Below, piece by piece: positions 62,101 to 64,000 of a stretch of DNA of 64,000 bases; position 1 is the first letter of the stretch; each line of letters begins with the position of its first letter. The position numbers were made by a program, and so were the translations under genes. The stretch comes from Podarcis tiliguerta (Eukaryota): the NCBI GenBank assembly GCA_965153285.1, contig OZ229113.1; one strand, 5' to 3'. Under the pieces are notes generated by a model. The model saw only the letters and a list, made by a program, of their open reading frames with translations, was not told the DNA's origin and did not search any database.

Positions 62101-63826
62101 TTGGTATTGGAAAAACCATGCACAGGGAAAGGGTTAACTATTTGCTCGGCACACTATGGGCTTGGTCTGAATCAGAGTCCCCAGTGGCTGCATTTTGCCT
62201 TTTAAAAAATGCTGGAAGTCTGATAACGAATCTCTCACTCTCATATCTGAGGTTAGCCAGAATGGTTTGAAATTACTTACAACTTGTAATTTGACTTTAC
62301 CAGCAGATATGCAACTGACAATACATTTACTAACAGCCATATAGTATAGCCATATCTTATAACTGGTAAGAATCACCTTAGAAAATGGGAAATAGCTCAG
62401 ATGGTAAAATTAACTAACGTAAAATTAACTAAGAGAAGGCAGACAGACTTCTTATTTATTGAAAAATTGAGTAATTGTATTGGTACAAGGAGACACAAAA
62501 CAATAGTTATTTAAACACTCTCTTGGAAACCATTTCAGGAATTGATTGGTGTGTTTGCACTGATGGCTTTACTCAGATACGCATGTTCAAATATTTATAC
62601 ATATATAGTGACATACATTTTGGTATGTATATTTGATTTGTTGATCTCTTTTTATTTGTCTGTTAACAGATTATTATTAATCATCAGGAAAATGAGTGGG
62701 GGAGAAACACCCAAACATCACCTGCAATTTACCTGTGCACAGTTTTTCATGGGAGACCCCAGCTAGGGATGGGCAGTTTCTTTGTAATGTTATCCTACTT
62801 AATTCACATTTCTCAAAATAATATGCAAACCAAGACAGCTGTCCTTTGGGGGCGGGGGGAATCACAGTTCTCTGAATTTTGCAATGCAGTTTTCTACCCA
62901 AATGAATATGTACAAAAAGGTGTATATTGGGGGAAATGTGCGTATATTAATGGAAATAACATATAAAATGCATTAAGAGAGATTGCTTGCATAAATGTGT
63001 TGTTTAAAAGGGGTGTGTACAAAGATGTCAATGAATATTCATGAGGGTTTTAAAAAACTGATGCAGCAGTTTGAGGAACTCACCTTTTCCAGGGTATCAT
63101 CATCCTTGTCTTGTATTTTCTCCATGGTTTTTGTGAACTGGACTAAAAAAAAACCCTATCTCCAGAGTTTTAGATCATGTTAGTGATACTCATTCGTTTT
63201 TCAAAAACAGGTGTAGTTTTGACACCTGCAGTGTGTCAGGTGGGTGATATTGTCACCACTCATCTCCTTATGCATAGTGACACTATTACCTTTCCTGTTG
63301 CTGCTGTTTAATCAACATATTTTTATCAGTCTTTGTAATTTGCAAATTACAAAGATTTGTTTTTACTGTACCTATATGGGTTTTTTTTTAAAAAAAAAAA
63401 TTGAAATATTCATCCAAATAGTGAAACTGCATTGTGGATTAAATTTAAAATTGGATAGCTAACAACAAATAAACACAGCCAAAATCTGTCAGTCCCTCCT
63501 GCCTCTCGCCTTCTGTTCTACTCCATTCATTATGTCATCATTGCAGCGTCCCCTAGTGTGGCATAACTGGTTGCGCTGCCCTAAATCTGCTTCTGTTTGC
63601 ACTTGTGTTGTTCAGCACAGGAGCAAAAGATGCCCAAATAGTGTGTTCCCATTTTTATCAAGTGTTATCTTCCATTGGTAGAACTGGACAGAACACTGCT
63701 GAGTCCATGAACAAAGATGTTGCTCATTTATTGATTACTGTGATTTAGCTGCAATTCTGAGAATCGTACAAGTCTGTAAAAAACTAAAAATTTAAGAATG
63801 AAGGTGATATTCATAGATATATAGAA

Positions 63827-63960
63827 CAGGGATGGGGAACCTGTGGCTCTCTGGATGTTGTTGGACTACAGTTCCCATCATTCCTGACCATTGGCCATGC
63901 TGACTGGGGCTAATCAGATTTGGAGATCAACAGCGTCTGAAGTGCTACAGATGCCTGATC
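63827..63960. mobile_element. Short palindromic hAT-derived MITE (about 135-bp family; related copies near 16436, 28345, 35560, 60900)
   Basis: cagggatggggaacctgtgg...ggactacagttcccatca...ccattggccatgctg motif recurs across the window. Confidence 0.7.
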
Positions 63961-64000
63961 TATAAGATCAACATTGTAAATCATCCCAGGTAACTTCTCA

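Overview
Vertebrate genomic DNA from a squamate reptile. The Sauria/Squam SINE families suggest a lacertid lizard. The window carries the syntenic block SYNJ1 - PAXBP1 - C21orf62/EPCIP, all on the minus strand. It holds SYNJ1 exons 1-3 with their CpG-island promoter. It holds all 18 coding exons of PAXBP1 (GCFC1, about 961 aa); exon 8 runs into a 164-N assembly gap and intron 5 has a GC donor. It holds the single coding exon of EPCIP with candidate upstream non-coding exons. The rest is intronic or intergenic and rich in transposon relics: CR1 and L2 LINEs, Sauria and tRNA-derived SINEs, and Tc1/mariner and hAT MITEs. The most notable observations are these. (i) PAXBP1, a spliceosome-disassembly factor, carries a cluster of candidate unproductive-splicing elements: stop-containing cassette exons, an intronic terminal exon, a weak GC donor, and a 44-bp long-range duplex covering a cryptic 3' splice site. 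(ii) SYNJ1 has an in-frame 38-aa N-terminal extension resembling the human long isoform. (iii) An intact 1-kb hAT element with CpG-rich cargo sits in the probable PAXBP1 3' UTR. (iv) Several near-perfect hairpins have pre-miRNA dimensions. All non-coding hypotheses come from sequence inspection only and need RNA-seq or alignment tests. Human exon sizes and proteins are quoted from memory.
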